Assembly (NCBI GenBank): GCA_951406725.2
Contig: OX597819.1
Location: 70,618,001 to 70,682,000 of the forward strand
From: Octopus vulgaris
Taxonomy: Eukaryota
DNA length: 64,000 nucleotides
Reading direction: 5' to 3'
A program made the position numbers and the translations under genes. Position 1 is the first letter of the stretch, and every line of letters begins with the position of its first letter. The notes below the pieces were generated by a model that saw only the letters and a program-made list of their open reading frames with translations, was not told the origin of the DNA and made no database searches. This document shows, piece after piece, positions 40,195 through 58,168 of this stretch.

Positions 40195-40459
40195 TTTTAA
40201 TATATATACTACTCTACATCTCAAAGTGTGCTTCTTCTTTCGGATTTATGTTTTCTACAAACGATATATATATATATATATATATATACCTTTTTCCAAC
40301 CAGTCGCCATGATTGATCGCTAAATCCACAAGTTTTTTTTTATTCACACTGTTTATTTCATCGTGTTCCTTTCTGTTGAAGAGCGTAAGCCCGAAACGTA
40401 AAATACTTTCTCACTTTGTATATGTATGTATATATATATATATGTATATACGTATGTAT

Positions 40460-40789
40460 ATCTTGATCTTGACCCCCTTCGGTCATGAATGACCATGGGA
40501 TTGCACCTAGAAAGTTACCCTCCTAGACACAAGTCTGGGCAAGGTTGTTTATGGAAGACCATCAGTCGCCCATGCATACCAGCCTCCCCTCTCCACGCCA
40601 CCAGTGTTATCCAAGGGAAAGACAAAGGTCGATACAGCTTGGCACCAGTGACGTCGCAACTCATTTCTACAGCTGAGTGAACTGGAGCAACGTGAAATAA
40701 AGTGCCTTGCTCAAGAACACAACACGCAGCCCGGTTCGGGATTCGAGCTCACAACCTCACGATCGTAAGCTCGACGCTCTAACCACTGA

Positions 40790-40795
<6 letters not shown>
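40460..40795 (-). mobile_element. tRNA-derived SINE, family E
   Basis: Minus strand A box tggctcagtgg, B box gagctcgaatccc, then gtgttcttgagcaaggcacttt body. Confidence 0.8.
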
Positions 40796-40856
<61 letters not shown>

Positions 40857-40897
40857 ATATATATATGTGTATGTATGTATGTATGTATGTATGTATG

Positions 40898-40987
<90 letters not shown>

Positions 40988-40988
<1 letters not shown>

Positions 40989-41753
40989 GAGGGACGTTCA
41001 ATAAGTAATGCCTCTGACCCACTTGCAGTTGTTTGATCTAACTGAAATTTTGCATGTGCAATCATTTATATCTCTATAGAGTAAGTGGCAAATTACAGCT
41101 CTGAATTAATTGTGGTTTCTGATTTACAGGTGTTTGAACCAAGTCAAGTGTGAAATGGAGCCTGTTGAGTGTCGAGCAGTGATCCACGGGAGACTTTTGA
41201 TGAAATGAAATTAACTTATGGTGATGATGCCCCATCATATGACCTTGTAAAACGCTGGCATCGTGAATTCAAACATGGTCGGAACTCTGTGGAAACAGCT
41301 CCCAGATCTGGTCGCCCCTTCTGCCATTGATGAGGCATCTGTCCGTCAAGTTGAGGCTGCCATTTTGGAAGATCGACGCAGGACAACGCTCCGGTCCACA
41401 TCTCGCTTGTCGCCAGATCAGAAGCACAGGCGTATGGCTATGAACTCCTCCCCCATCCCCCTACTTTCCTGACCTTGCACCCTCTGATTTTCACCTCTTC
41501 CCAGTCATGAAGTTGTTTTTGAAAGGAAAGCGTTCCCCAGATGATGCAGCCTTCATTTCTGAAGTCACGTTCAGGTTGGAGGACCAAGCTGGGGTCTTCT
41601 ACAAAAACGGTCTCCAGAGCTGCATCAAACAATGGGAGAAATGCGTAACTCTGGGTGGTTTCTATGTAGGAAAAGACTAATAACTGTGCCAAGTTTCATT
41701 GCTCTACTGCTATGGGAGGTGGGTCAGAGGCATTACTTATTGAACGCCCCTCG
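40988..41753 (+). mobile_element. Internally deleted mariner transposon
   Basis: ~35-bp TIRs cgagggacgttcaataagtaatgcctctgacccac with TA flanks; remnants YGDDAPSYDLVKRWHREFKHGRNSVETAPRSGRP, QDNAPVH, PDLAPSDFHLF. Confidence 0.92.
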
Positions 41754-41793
41754 TATATATTTGTATGTATGTATATGTATGTATGTATATATA

Positions 41794-41825
<32 letters not shown>

Positions 41826-41900
41826 ATATATATATATGTATGTATATATGTATGTGTGTATATATATATATGTATGTGTATACATATATATGTATGTATG

Positions 41901-41943
<43 letters not shown>

Positions 41944-42216
41944 ATACACAAGCACTTCTTTCTTTCCTGGAACTCCCGAGAAAGTAAATAGAATTTACAT
42001 TGGGAAAAACAATCAAGTCGAAACACAAGTCTTGTCCCTTGCGGGAAATAGGTTATCGAGGGGGAAAGAATCTCTTTTCAGAGAAAGTTGAAGCGTTTTC
42101 CTAAAAAAAAACAACAAAAAAAATGTGTGTGAACGCGTTTCTTTAGAAAACGAAGCTATAAAAGACTGAAACTAAAGCAGGGCAGAGTTTCACAGGTGGT
42201 GGTGGTGCTGGAGGAG

Positions 42217-42500
42217 GTGGTTCCCAAACTTCTTCAAGTTGTCGATCCCTTGGTTCTAAGGTCACGTTCCTAGTGCCCCTCTCCCCACCACTTACCATCA
42301 CAGACATAAACCATTTTCTGCAACGGATTCAAAACAAAAGTATTTCACAAATAAAACTTAAACCTAAATAATCCTTAATTTACATTCATTGCCCCGTTTT
42401 GGTCTCCTCATTATCGCTCCATTTTTCTTCAACGCCCCTCGGCCCTCCTACTGGATCTTTGCACCGCCCCCAGTGGTATCACCCACTTTGGGAACCACTA
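42217..42500. mobile_element. hAT/Charlie-like MITE
   Basis: Termini gtggttcccaaa / tttgggaaccac. Confidence 0.55.
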
Positions 42501-43071
42501 CTCTTGTCTAAACCCTTCAAATGCAGTGCTCCAACTTGGCCGCAGTCCAATGACTGAAAACAGTAAAGAACAAAAGATAACTGTGCAACTTTGCATTGGT
42601 AGCAACCTTAAAGATCACTTGTGTTATTTGTTTAGGAACGGAGTGACATGAAAAGAAAAGACATATAGAAACAAAGTGTTCGTGGAATTGAAGTAGTCTC
42701 GGTTGTCAAGGTCTTATTGTATGAAGTCACCTTTTTTGAGGACTTTGCACACAAAACCGCTTATCTAAACATGGCTATGAATGCGCACACAAAAACACAC
42801 ACACTCACAGGGCAAACACGTAATCAAACACGTTTGGGTGAAATACTAACCGTATGATTATCAATTCTAGGAACACCACTCCATTATGCACTTGGGGTAA
42901 GAAACGGAAACTTTTTTTATACTTTGCATGACACGCCTAAAATAGATTCCACTCCCTGCTGCACACACACACGCACACACACAATATTTACACACACATA
43001 CATACAAGTATAAATATAAATATATGTATGTGCGTCTGTATATATATATATACACACATACACATATAAAT

Positions 43072-43102
<31 letters not shown>

Positions 43103-43283
43103 CATACACACACACACATATACACATATATTTACAGACGTAGACATGTTATGAATTCTAGGTACTTGTTTGTATCACCAAAACTATATGTATGCATGTG
43201 TATGTATGTAAGTATATATGTATGAAGGTATGTCCACACACACACGTAATCACACACACACACAGATATAATCACACACACAG

Positions 43284-43314
<31 letters not shown>

Positions 43315-43531
43315 TATATATTCGATTACAAATGATCCATAGAGAATCAAAGCAAAACAAAGTGGACCGCGCCACTAATGGCTGGACAGAATCACGCAGA
43401 GCAGAGCAACGAAGCAATCCATTATTCCGAGCATAGAAGCTATCTTTGAAATAAAGATACTGTTGTTGGATAATCCGCAACTCCTGTACCATTCAAAGTA
43501 GCTGACAAAGAATGGAAGTTTGAGTGTGGCG

Positions 43532-43618
<87 letters not shown>

Positions 43619-43619
<1 letters not shown>

Positions 43620-44173
43620 GCCCTGATGCAGTACCAGGCAGTGGCTCTCATGGCTTCTGATCTTAACTGATTGGAAGTGTTATCATGTACATTGTTTTGT
43701 CTTGGTATAAAAGATGGGGTACAGCAAATATTCTGCTCAATACCACAGATTTGCTTGTCAGTTGTTTGACCATAACCAGTTGAGCATGTCCCTTAGTGGC
43801 TGACGATATGTGCATCTCTGATCACGAGCAGAAGTAGTGGGGGAGCATCATAGCCATGTGTTGAGAGGGATTCTTTTGGGTTTGAATAATTCACCTCTGG
43901 AAACATGGGTGGTTCTTTCAACATCCTTAAACAACCCTTATTCAGGGACCTTTTGAGCGGGATGGGCTACTCAACCTGAAGAAAATTCTAACTGGGCCCC
44001 ACCTGCAAGGTCATGTGCTGTTTATCTTGATATGAGATCACCATGTCGCGCACATATGGTTGTGATGCATGTGCCTGGTGTACCTTTATCAGACGGGTAG
44101 TCATGATGAGTATATTGGGCTTCGTATATTTTACCCCAGTGTCACTTTGATGGCATGCACTGCTCTCTCACTC
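43619..44173. mobile_element. ~555-bp (TAA)n-embedded non-coding element, copy 1
   Basis: tgccctgatgcagtaccagg...ctctctcactc flanked by (TAA)n; copies at 44272-44513 (cut by the gap) and 48181-48736. Confidence 0.85.
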
Positions 44174-44244
<71 letters not shown>

Positions 44245-44513
44245 CGACGACGACGACGACAACAACAACAATGTCCTCATGCAGTACCAGACAGTGGCCA
44301 TCATGGCTTCTGACCTTAACTGATTGGAAGTGTTATCATGTACATTGTTTTGTCTTGGTATAAAAGATGGGATACAGCAAACATTTTGCTTAATACCACA
44401 GATTTGCCTGTCAGTTATTTGACCTTAACCAGTTCAACATGTCCCAGGTGGCTGATGATATGTGCATCTCTGATCATGAGCAGAAGTAGTGGGGGAGCCG
44501 TGTGTTGAAAGGA

Positions 44514-44613
44514 NNNNNNNNNNNNNNNNNNNNNNNNNNNNNNNNNNNNNNNNNNNNNNNNNNNNNNNNNNNNNNNNNNNNNNNNNNNNNNNNNNNNNNN
44601 NNNNNNNNNNNNN
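44514..44613. other. Assembly gap
   Basis: 100 N. Confidence 1.
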
Positions 44614-44626
44614 AAAAATAAGACTA

Positions 44627-44703
<77 letters not shown>

Positions 44704-44711
44704 TAATAATA

Positions 44712-45445
44712 ATCGAGAAATATGACAGGTTAGCTTGGGAGGTTAAGCAGTTGTGGACGATGAAAAAGGTGGTAGTAGTACCAATAATTGTCGGAGCCCT
44801 GAGAAATACATGGAACAAATAGGGGCTGCAATAAGGGTGGAGCACTTGCAGAAAGCAGCATTGCTTGGAACCGCTCGAATACTGCGGATGGTGCTTGAAA
44901 ATAAGGGGTGTTATCTTAGTTTACTAGCAGTGAACAGCTGGCACCGTAGTACATCTCCAGCGTTAGAAGCTGTGCAAAGACAATAAATAATAATAATGCG
45001 ATTCAGTGATTGATGCTCGGGGAACAGGCATTGTTGTAGTTGACAAAATGATGAAGGAAACTAAATTCATAGATATTGCCAGATCTGGGGGTGTCAGAAT
45101 GAATAACAAAGAACTGGAAAAGATTGAAAAGTACAAACCACTAAAAGATGAGACTATACGAATGAGGACAACGAAGAGAGTAACTGTCATTCTATCAGTT
45201 GAGAGGTCATCAGGAGCATTAACAAGGACCAGGTTTGAGAAATTTGTTGGAGAAACTGGGATTGGCATGAGGATAGAATATGCTCAGAAAACTGCTTTAA
45301 TGGGGACAACAAGGATTTTGAGATTGGTACTTGGCTGTTAAGTATCGTGGAAAGAGACCCTGTGAGATCATTGACAACTGGTTGTTGTCCACACCTACAG
45401 AAATAGCCGCAGCAAGCGAAATCGAGAGCTCTGAGAAATGAAATG
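44712..45445 (+). mobile_element. Two R4/Dong-like retrotransposon 3' fragments in (TAA)n
   Basis: LQKAALLGTARILR and IVVVDK...FIDIA...KELEKIEKY..L..E...QKTALMGTTRILR (restriction-like endonuclease C-terminus), each ending in (TAA)n. Confidence 0.85.
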
Positions 45446-45489
45446 ACATAATAATAATAAAGAAAAGAAGAATAAAAGGTAGATAATAA

Positions 45490-46450
45490 GGCGTGAAATT
45501 TTGGGGAGGGAGATAGTCGATTACATCGACCCCAGTATTCAACTGGTACTTAATTTATCGACCTCGAAAGGATGAAAGGTAAAATCGATCTCTGCGGAAT
45601 TTGAACTCAGAACGTAGCGACGGGCGAAATACCGCTAAGCATTGCGTCGGGCGTGCAAACGATTCTGCCTGCTCGCCGCCTTAAAGGCAGTTAATAACAT
45701 TCCTTTCTACTCTGAAAGGATGAAAAGCAAAGTCGATCCCGGCGGTATTTGAACTCAGAACTTAAAGACAAACGAAATACCGCAAAGCATTTCGCCCGGC
45801 ATGCTAAAGTTTCTTATTTCTTTACTGCCCTCAAAGGGCTACACACAGAGGGGACAAACAAGGACAGACAAACGGATTACGGCGATTATATCGATCCCAG
45901 TGCGTAACTGGTATTTATTTGATCGATCCCGAAAGGATGAAAGGCAAAGTCGACCTCGGCGGAATTTGAACTCAGAAAGACGAAATACCGCTAAGCGTTG
46001 CGTCCAGCGTGCTGAGGTTTCTGCCAGCTCGCCGCCTTGCAGTTAATAATATTCTTTTCTGCTCTAGGAACAAGGCCCAAAATTTTGTGGGAGGGGGCCA
46101 GTCGATTATATCGATCCCAGTACACAACTGGTACTTAATTTATCGATCCCGAAAGGATGAAAGGCAAAATCGACTTCAATGGCATTTGAACTCAGAACGT
46201 AAATACAGATGAAATACCTATTTCTTTACTACCCACAAGGGGCTAAACACAGAGAGGACAAACAAGGACAGACAAACGGATTAAGTCGATTATATCGACC
46301 CCAGTGCGTAACTGGTACTTAATTTATCGACCCCGAAAGGATGAAAGGCAAAGTCGATCCCAGTGGCATTTGAACTCAGAACATAAAGACTGCCGACATA
46401 CCACTAAGCATTTCGCCCGGCGTGCTAACGATTCTGCCAGCTCGCCACCT
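45490..46450 (-). mobile_element. Cluster of family A SINEs
   Basis: About five partial or complete units with tail-to-head junctions at ~45810 and 46218. Confidence 0.8.
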
Positions 46451-46775
46451 TCCTTGCAGTTGATATTTGCAAAACAAAACACTTTCATGAGCTTCATGGA
46501 ATGGTGGTAAGTTCACACCTTTTCTAGATTAAATGGTAGTTGTGTCAGATAGGTTAAGAATATCAGAAAGAAATGTTAAACTGAAGTCGAAGGTTAATTA
46601 TGCATTGCCTAATGTTTTACTGTTGAACATGATTTCAATAGCATTCTTTGATCATTATCTTGTGTTTCAAAAACATTATAATAATGATAAACATTATTTC
46701 AATTTGCTGTTTGATCAATATAGAATCGTAGATTCTCATTATTGTTTTCAAATAACATGTTGATAGTTAGTAGTT

Positions 46776-46872
<97 letters not shown>

Positions 46873-47941
46873 TCAGCTTCGGGACTAAATATTGCTATCT
46901 CTTTTAATATATCTCAGACAAAAGCCTATTGAAAATTCTTTTATTGTATAATCGCCATTATGGTTTTTCCTGAACATTTTATAAACTTACAAAGAAAGAA
47001 AGAAAGACAGGAAGGAAGAAAGAAAGAAAGACAGGAATAAAGAAAGGAAGAAAAGAAGAAAGGAAGAATGAAAGAAAGAATAAAAGAAAGAAAGAATATA
47101 AAACACGATATTTAATTATCTTAAAACAATATTGTATATCTGAAATCGAAGTTATGTATTTGAATATAAATTATAACATGCTAACTTTTATCTTTTACTT
47201 GTTTCAGTCATTAGACTGCGGCCATGTTGGGGCACCGGCAAGGAAAAGTTTTAGTTGAATGAAGTGGCCACAGCACTCCTTTTACTTTCCCTTTTTCTGT
47301 TTTAATATTGGTACGTATTCTATCGGTCTTTTTCCCCTAACCACTGAGTTACGGGAACGTAAACACACCAACACCTGTTCTCATGTTGTCAAGCGGTAGT
47401 GGGGGACAAATACAGACACACACACACGCACTCACACACACACACACACACACATATACATATCATAATGATAATAATAGTAATAATATATAGTATATAT
47501 ATATATATATATATATATAGGTACAAGACGTCGCCAACGGTACAAATAACATGAAATACGTAAACAACGAGAAAAATGGAAAACAGGACCAGTTGACACA
47601 GAGAAAGAACCCTTCATCAGTTGTCGGCTGTCTAACTACTCCTTATTTCGAGCATTCAGCAACAATATGAGTCTTCATAGACAGTTGCTGCCATAAATTC
47701 TAACACACACACACACACATATATATACATACGCGCACGCGCGCACACACATATACACACATATACATATATATATATGAAGGGCTTCTTTCAGTTTCCG
47801 TCTACAAAATTCATTCACAAGGCTTTGGTCGGCCCGAGGCTATAGTAAAAGACACGTACCCAAAGTGTCACGCAGTGGGACTGAACCCAGAACCATGTGG
47901 TTGGGAAGGAAGCTCCTAACCACACAGCCATGCCTGCCCTA

Positions 47942-48022
<81 letters not shown>

Positions 48023-48097
48023 GTCTACCTATCTGTCTACCTACCTACCTACCTTCCTACATACCAATCTATCTATCTATCTATCTTGCTATCCCTC

Positions 48098-48159
<62 letters not shown>

Positions 48160-48180
48160 TATAATAATAATAATAACAAC

Positions 48181-48736
48181 TGCCCTGATGCTGTACCAGG
48201 CAGTGGCTCTCATGGCTGCTGATCTTAACTGATTGGAAGTGTAATCATGTACATTGTTTTGTCTTTGTATAAAAGATGGGCCACAGCAAATATTCTGCTC
48301 AATACCACAAATTTGCTTGTCAGTTGTTTCACCTTAACCAGTTGAGTATGTCCCTTAGTGGCTGACGATATGTGCATCTCTGATCACGAGCAGAAGTAGT
48401 GGAGGAGCATCATAGCCATGTGTTGAGAGGGTTTCTTTGGGGTTTGAATAATTCACTTATAGAAACATGGGTGTTTCGTTCAACATCTTTAAACAATCCT
48501 TATTCAGGGACCTTTTGAGCGGGATGGGTTACTCGACCAGAAGAATATTCTAACTGAGCCCCACCTTCAAAGTCATGCGCTGTTTATCTTGATATGAGAT
48601 CACCATGTCGCGCACATATAGTTGTGATGCATATGCCTGGTGTACCCTTATCAGACAGGTAACAATGATGGGTATACTGGGCTTCGTATATTTTTACCCC
48701 AATGTCACTTTGATGGCATGCACTGCTCTCTCACTC
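48181..48736. mobile_element. (TAA)n-embedded element, copy 3
   Basis: Same ends as 43619-44173. Confidence 0.85.
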
Positions 48737-49187
48737 AATAATAATAATAAAGTAACACTAAAAGAATGAGACCTCCATATCAGATAAATAGGGGATTATT
48801 TATATATGTTATAATTTAGAACAAACAGTAAGATGTCATTATAGAACTCGGAGTTTCGAATGTCGGCTATTAATAGCAACAGACGCTTTGAAAAGCCGTT
48901 GAATGAAAGGGAAGTTACTCTAATAGGTAGAAAAAGGAAAATTGTCATCCGTTCCACTGAAAACCTATCTCTGCAAAATTTCATTAAAAAATGTGCAATT
49001 TTTCAGAATGACATAAAATACACCTTTTATGTTAACTCTCTCTGTATCTCTCTTTTACTCTCTGTTTCCAATTCTCTATACGTCGTAAAGCGAGATTGAA
49101 AAAAATCAACCAACTAGTCAACCAACATTTATATCAGCTATTATGAAGTGTGTGTGTGCGTGCGTGCATGCATGTGTGTGTATGTGC

Positions 49188-49281
<94 letters not shown>

Positions 49282-49804
49282 ATTGCAAACGTACGTAAAC
49301 AACTCGAAGAAGCCATTTTAATTCAAATCATAATTTTCCAACTTTTAACAGAGAGAATGGAGAATACTTAGAACCGCAGACCATTATAGACTGCAAAGTA
49401 TTCTTCGTTTTGAAATATAAAAAAAAAGCAAGAAGCCAGCATAGTGCTATTTATATTTCCAAGTGTCTGTACATAATGTAGTGTGTTTTTAAAAGTGTCT
49501 ATCTTTATATGTTTATACATGTGTCTAGAAGAATGTATGTATAAAGATGTAGCTATAAAATTATGTTCAATCATTACAAATAAACATGGCCGTGTGCTGG
49601 AGGAATTCGCTTCATAACCTCGTCATTCCGTGTTGGATCCGATGGCGCACCACTTTCCGTGGACCAGTGTCTTCTAGCATAGTCACAAAGAAGAAAATGG
49701 AATGAACAGGTTTTGATCACAAACGACAGCAATTGTTTCTGTGCAATGATAACAGCTGTTAGTTGCTGAATATCCTACTATTACATAAAACATTATATGA
49801 ATAA

Positions 49805-52360
<2,556 letters not shown>

Positions 52361-53824
52361 TTAAATATAATCCGGCAGTAGCAGCGGTGTTGAGGCACAA
52401 CCATATAGGAGCTTAGAAATGCACTTTATAAGGTTATTACCCAGATGATATATACACGTATATGTATGTATGTGTATGTGTGTATGTGTATGTGTGTGTG
52501 TGTGTGTTATTGTACATTGGGTAAATGTGTTTGAAAGTTCTGGTTTCTTTGGTTTGTTTGTTCTCAAACAACACTTATTTCAGTGCTGTTGACACCGCCG
52601 GATTGTATGGTACTGCCCAGGTGTCGAAACCATAATGCTATCCGTGGGGCAGCTGATGGACTGGATTGTTGGTATGGATGTGGAATAGTATTGTAACACA
52701 TCCTTTCGATATATATATATATATATATAAATATACATAGTCGACTTGATGGACAGAATGAGCTAATGTGCAGCACGAACGTTTGATCACTATAAACCAA
52801 TCATTTGGGCAGGTCGTTCGGCAAAATCAAAACGGTCATACGTCGTCTCCGATCTTCTGACGAAAGTAAATGGAATGATATAATGGTTTTAAACAAAACA
52901 GTGAGAATCTGTTGACAAATAAGCATTTAAAGTGGACTGGACAGGAGGTAGTCGTGTTTTTGTGTCCGGATTTGTTCCCCCACACCGATTGGCAACCGGA
53001 ACTGGTCTGTCTATGTCCTCGTCTTCTAGCAGTTTGGCAAAAAGAGACCGATAGAATAAGTAACAGACTTAAAAAAAAAAACAAAAAACAAGAAGAAGTA
53101 CTGGGGTAGGTTTGTTAGACTAAAACCTCTTCAGGATGGTGCCCCAAGTAAAATAAAATTAACATATAATAAAAAGTAAATAAAAAGTTCATCAGCGGCA
53201 CACACACACAGATGCACACACACACATATGCACACAGACACACACGCACACACAGATGCACATACACACAGGACATGCACAGGCACATGCACACACACAC
53301 AGATGCACACACAAAAATGCACACGTACACACACACACATACACAGATGTACACACACATACACACATACATAGATGTACACACACACACACATACATAC
53401 ACAGGCACACACACACACACACACACACCAAATGAAGACAAATTGATTTTGGTCTGACTTTACTTCACAATTCCAAAATGGAATTGGTAAAGGATTGCAG
53501 TTGAAATTTGTCATATTCTTACCATTCCGAAGGGAAATCAGCGCTGTAACTGAAGCAAAATTGCTGTAACATAGATTCAAAACCAATTCTGGGAATTATA
53601 TCATTGCGAACTTAAATTTACACCAGTATGGCGTCTATTTTGCTCGAACAAGGAACTATAACAAGGAGGAAATGGAACATGAGAAATGTCATATCATTAA
53701 AGATTGCTTAATTGAGGTTAAAGAGTTGAAAGGCATCAAACACAAGTTCTCATAATCATTTTACTGTATTTCTGGGTGTGAGGAGGCAGGATTATTTACT
53801 CCATATTTTCTCTTTAAAAGTCTG

Positions 53825-53917
<93 letters not shown>

Positions 53918-54003
53918 TTACGTACCTACCTACCTACCTACCTACCTACCTACCTACTTACCTACCTACCAATCCGACTCTCTTTCTCTCTCTTTCTCTC
54001 TGT

Positions 54004-54043
<40 letters not shown>

Positions 54044-54046
<3 letters not shown>

Positions 54047-55387
54047 TGTTTCAAAAAAGTTGATATTTCGCAATCTAATAACTTTACCAGTTCTTGTTCA
54101 AATGATTTCAAATTTTAACAGCATGTGTAGAAACAAATCAAAATTTTATGTTTAGTGTTTGATATGTTTATCAATCCAGGTATAGAAATGCCATTCACTG
54201 GAAAAGAAAAGGCGTTTTATGTGTTGGAGTATGCTCGAACTCAGTCGAACAAGACTGTGCAGCGTGCATTTGTGAGAGAGTTCTCTAAAAAGTCACCAAC
54301 GGCAATGCAAATTTGGAAATAGCACAAAAAATTCAAAGAGGAAGGCTGTCTGTGCATGGGCAAAAGGATCTGGACGACCACTAACATCGGAAGAGACAGT
54401 CGAGCGGGTCCGCTAAAAACTCTTGCAAAGCTCCAAGAAGTCCACAGATGAACAAGTCTGGAAAGCCAGATTCCTCCAACGACAGTTTGGCGCGTCCTGA
54501 GGAAACGCTTGCTAATGAAACCCTACAAGCTGCAGCTCATTCAGACCAGATGACAAGCGAAAGCGCAAACGATTCTGTGATGATATGCAAGAGAAACTTG
54601 AAGAAGTCGAGTTCACGGAACGTCTTGTTTTCAGTGATGAAGCCACATTTCATACGAATGGTAAAATCGTTAAGCATAATGTTCGCATTTGAGGCGAAGA
54701 AAATCTCCATGCTAGAGTTGAGCATGATAGTGACTCACCAAAAGTGAATGTGCTCTGCTCCATCTCCAAGAAGCATCTTCATGGCCTGTCTTTCTTCGAG
54801 GGAAATGTGACCGGCGATGTTTATCTGCAAATCCTTCAGAACTGGCTAATGGATGAGCTCATTGTAAATGAACATGAAGACTTCATTTTTCAACAGGACG
54901 GGATTCCATGTCACTGGAAGCTCACTGTGCGGACTTATCTCAATGACAATCTGCGAGGGGGATGGATCGGGCGTGCTGGTGATGAGGACAATGTGCTGTT
55001 TAAATGGCCGCCATATTGACACCGTGCGATATTTTTCTCTAGGGCTATGTGAAGGGCCTGGACTATGTCCCTACTCTTCATGCAAACCTAGTGGAACTCG
55101 AGCAGAGCATCATTACTACACTGGAGAGTGTTACCCAAGACATGCTGCAGCGTGCTTGGGAGGAGCTGGACAACCGAGTTGACGTATGCCGTGTCTCAGG
55201 CAGTGTGCATATTGAACATTTGTGAAATAGTTCATAGAATCCACATACCTTTGAATTTCTCATTCAAATTTGGAGGAATAAATCTTAAGTTGTTCAACAT
55301 TAATCCTGTTTAGTTTCATTTGCTTTGACTGTGTAGTTTCTGTGATATTTACATCTTAAATGATATCAAATTTTTTGAAACACCCTG
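54044..55387 (+). mobile_element. Near full-length defective Tc1/mariner transposon
   Basis: TIRs cagtgtttcaaaaaagttgatat / atatcaaattttttgaaacaccctg; transposase pseudogene from ATG 54188 (MPFTGKEKAFYVLEYARTQS..GSGRP, FSDEA, FQQDG) with stops and frameshifts. Confidence 0.9.
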
Positions 55388-55389
55388 TT

Positions 55390-55476
<87 letters not shown>

Positions 55477-55600
55477 GTCTGTCTGTCTATCTATCTATCT
55501 ATATATCTATGCACGGAGGCCAGGCGAGACTGGCAACGGCCACGATCGGATGGTGTCATGTATGTATGTATGTATGTATGTATGTATGTATGTATGTATG

Positions 55601-55646
<46 letters not shown>

Positions 55647-55991
55647 CTAGAAGACAAACCCGACCTTGCTCGAGATTAAGATAGTTAATATTGTTTTACT
55701 TGTTTCGGTATTATAACCCGGTTTCATTCGGGTCTACGCGGGCCACATTTTAAAAGATGAAGAATGTTGCTCTGGCGGCCACGTGTTTCAAATGAGCAAA
55801 CTCAAAATTGCTATGCAAACTCGCCAGCACTTTTAACAGAGGTGTGCAAATTTGCAGCTCAATCCGACCACATATGCACACATTATATATATACATACGC
55901 ATTAAATATGTCTGCACATATACGCATTATATACACACATACACACACACACACATATATATATATATATGCATTATGTATACATATGTAT

Positions 55992-56029
<38 letters not shown>

Positions 56030-56036
56030 TATATAC

Positions 56037-56084
<48 letters not shown>

Positions 56085-56225
56085 TAAGATTAATCAAGAT
56101 TAATCAGCCGAAATTGCTAGGATGATCCGGTTCTTGACTGAAGATTGAAGGCTTCGAATGTCCCGTCCGTGTTTTTTGTATCGTCTTCTAAATGTTTTAC
56201 GTTCTTGTCCCAGTTTGTATTTTTC

Positions 56226-56268
<43 letters not shown>

Positions 56269-56880
56269 TAACATAATAAATATCTGTTTAATAATATCTG
56301 TTACCATTGTTGTGCGGTGGTGGTGGCCGATAATAATTCACCGTTGTAAAAGCCTTGTAGCGGGAATATTTAAACTTCAAGAGAGTGAAGTATATTTCCG
56401 ACACAATATCATTATTCACTATTTTATTCCTCTCCATTAATCACACTTGCAGCTGTCAACGCTTTCTCTCTATATACACAGAAAGACGTACAGAGAAAGA
56501 GAGAGAGAGAGAGAGAGGCTGGGAGGGAAAGAGCGACAAAGAGACAGCGAATACGGAGAGGGAAAGAGAGTGAGTAGAAGCTGTCAAAAGCCGTTATAGA
56601 GATAATTAGGAGGGAAGGGGGAAAGAGAGAGATGGAAGAAGAAAGGGTGATAACCGTAAGAAAGAAACAACAGTCACTTGCAAAGTCCGTTTAAAGACGA
56701 TGAATGTTCACTCTTTTTGCTATAGCAACCACATCTTTATATTTAACAATCGCGGGTTTCATCCTCAACACGCATTTAGTATCCCTGCCAATTTTCAGCT
56801 CGATCCTAGCACGTCTAGTGCCATTGAATCCTTACCAAAGTCAAAGTGTGCAAGTTTTTTTCCTCTTTTATATAGGTAGA
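55647..56880 (-). mobile_element. Non-autonomous Helitron-like element
   Basis: Minus 5' A|TCTACCTATATAAAAG at 56880; 3' CTAG|T with an imperfect hairpin at 55647; 55711-55890 is homologous to 51398-51580. Confidence 0.5.
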
Positions 56881-57560
56881 TAAGTAAACGAAACGGGAAA
56901 TGAGGCAAGCTGCTAACAAGACAGAGATATGAAAGTTAAGAGACTTTTATATATTTCGGGCGCTAAGACCCATATTCAGATGAATGCAAAGAAATATGTG
57001 TTTGCGAAGATGCTATTATGTGGATAGCCGGATGGGCAGTGTAACCGTTTTTAGTCCGGTGCTTGTGCTGGTAGCAGCAGATCTCTAAATGATGGTGTTG
57101 TTGACACCGTAGAGGTGAGAGTGGGGGCGATGGTGGAAGACTGGCTGCGGCATTCACTACCACTGCATATATACATACATGTATACCTATGCACGCACAC
57201 ACACTCATGCGCGCACACGCACGCACAGACACAGAGACACACACACACACACGCGCACATAACCTGTCTATTTTCAAATTACATTTTGTTGGTGCCATCC
57301 TTATATCATATTTTTATACATTAATGTGTGTAAGTGTGTGTGAAAGTATGTGCGTGTGCTTCCATATAAGTTAAGTGAATCGCTGGCTGCGCAGACGCAC
57401 GCATGCACACACACATACACACACTCACACACACCTCTATAGTCTGTTCTGCCGCCCAAAGTTGTATTTGCTAACTTACTCCTAGATGACAAACACCATT
57501 ATTTGATGTTGTTCGCTGTGTGCAGCATTCGTAATTCCCTTCTAACTTACACACCACTAA

Positions 57561-57622
<62 letters not shown>

Positions 57623-57656
57623 AAATATATATATATATATATATATATAGATAGAC

Positions 57657-57700
<44 letters not shown>

Positions 57701-58123
57701 GTGTACGTGTGTGTGCATAAGTGTATTTATATAAGTGTATGTGTGTATATATATATATGTGTGTGTGTGAGTGTGTGTGTATGTATGTATGTATGCACAC
57801 TTATTCACTTGCATATGTGAGAGTATATATATGTGCATAAACAGATGTGCATATACAAACATATATATGCATATATATATATAGGCGCAGGCGTGGCTGT
57901 GTGATAAGTTGCCAGCCACATGGTTCCGGGTTCAGTCCCTCTGAGTGGCACCTTGGGCAAGTGTCTTCTACTACAGTCTTTGTGTCGACCAAACCCTTGT
58001 GAGTAGATTTGGTAGACAGAAACTGAAAGAAGCCCGTCGTATATATATATATATATATATTCAAAGAACTGAAACAAATAAAAAAATAAAAGAACACACA
58101 CAAACACACACACACACACACAC

Positions 58124-58168
<45 letters not shown>

